A stretch of DNA of 61,285 bases from an uncultured Anaerolinea sp. Lineage in GTDB: Bacteria > Chloroflexota > Limnocylindria > Limnocylindrales > CSP1-4. The translations under genes and the position numbers were made by a program. The stretch covers positions 14,291 through 75,575 of the forward strand of contig CAZVDO010000004.1 in NCBI GenBank assembly GCA_964625345.1. The letters run 5' to 3'. The first letter of the stretch is position 1, and each line of letters starts with the position of its first letter. Under the pieces are notes generated by a model, which was not told where the DNA came from, made no database searches, and worked only from the letters and a program-made list of their open reading frames with translations. This document shows positions 61,156-61,285 of this stretch, piece after piece.

Positions 61156-61285
61156 ATGATCGACGTCGGGCTTCAGGTCGACCTTGCCATCCGGCTGGTC
61201 ATTGCAGCGGCGCTCGGGGCGGCGATCGGTGCCGAGCGGGAGATCCACGGGCACCCCGCGGGCATCCGGACGCACATGCTCGTCG
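61156..61285 (+). CDS. MgtC/SapB-family protein, N-terminal part (runs off the right edge)
   Basis: Absent from the track (no stop). My translation from ATG 61156 reads MIDVGLQVDLAIRLVIAAALGAAIGAEREIHGHPAGIRTHMLV, matching the MgtC N-terminal consensus (GxEREx...PAGxRTHxLV). Confidence 0.72.
   Translation, partial: MIDVGLQVDLAIRLVIAAALGAAIGAEREIHGHPAGIRTHMLV

Noticed and set aside
1-61285. Mobile elements, prophage, tRNA/rRNA/tmRNA/RNase P/SRP RNA, defence islands
   Set aside because: I found no transposase, integrase, recombinase or phage-like translation in any frame. There are no terminal inverted repeats, no T-arm-like GGTTCGAATCC strings and no conserved cores of the structured RNAs I know. 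This was a by-eye scan only, so tRNAscan-SE and Infernal would be decisive.

Overview
This is a 61,285-nt, very GC-rich chromosomal segment (roughly 70 percent or more by eye, not computed). Gene content looks Actinomycetota-like: F420 genes, a SCO1664-family/DUF3090 pair, a LAL-type LuxR regulator and many apparently leaderless genes. I can support about 58 protein-coding genes, two of them truncated at the window edges. I see no rRNA, tRNA, CRISPR array, transposase, integrase or phage gene. Blocks from left to right: (1) EamA transporter (partial), argH, DUF4242 plus a secreted protein, a LAL regulator, adenosine deaminase. (2) A compact argC-argJ-argB-argR-argG operon with 4-nt start/stop overlaps and an ARG-box-like site upstream. 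(3) An OsmC / ABC exporter / trxB redox block, then an unusual GGDEF protein. (4) A nine-gene co-directional block with cofD-cofC-cofE, F420-type LLM and PPOX oxidoreductases, GNAT and DUF1684. (5) mtnP, LLM, IMPase, 5'-3' exonuclease, pncA, aceE, FTR1 iron permease, PQQ-type sugar dehydrogenase, cupin, DUF72, MarR. (6) A translationally coupled class-V PLP enzyme / DDAH-like guanidino hydrolase / M20 deacylase trio with a divergent aminotransferase, then an MFS transporter. (7) A 1188-aa RecB-like nuclease plus SF1 helicase fusion, a class-III aminotransferase and a small zinc-ribbon protein. (8) A NEW3-domain surface protein, ABC-2 transporter and methyltransferase behind a 446-nt leader. 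(9) FGGY kinase, SCO1664-family plus DUF3090, a Mo-oxidoreductase, pxpA / orphan ABC ATPase / pxpB / pxpC, and MgtC (partial). Most of the very long ORFs in the supplied track are antisense or out-of-frame artefacts of high GC. Verdict: this is mainly core metabolism, not an obvious accessory or defence island, and I do not see a clear-cut new system. The best candidates for under-described biology are: (a) the PLP / DDAH-like / M20 trio with its MarR and a perfect 17-bp palindrome; (b) the GGDEF protein with terpene-cyclase-like repeats; (c) the NEW3/ABC-2 module with its long structured leader; (d) the nuclease-helicase gene preceded by a 15-nt direct repeat; (e) the uncharacterised genes co-operonic with cofDCE. 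All functional calls come from my own reading of the translations and recalled motifs, not from database searches.
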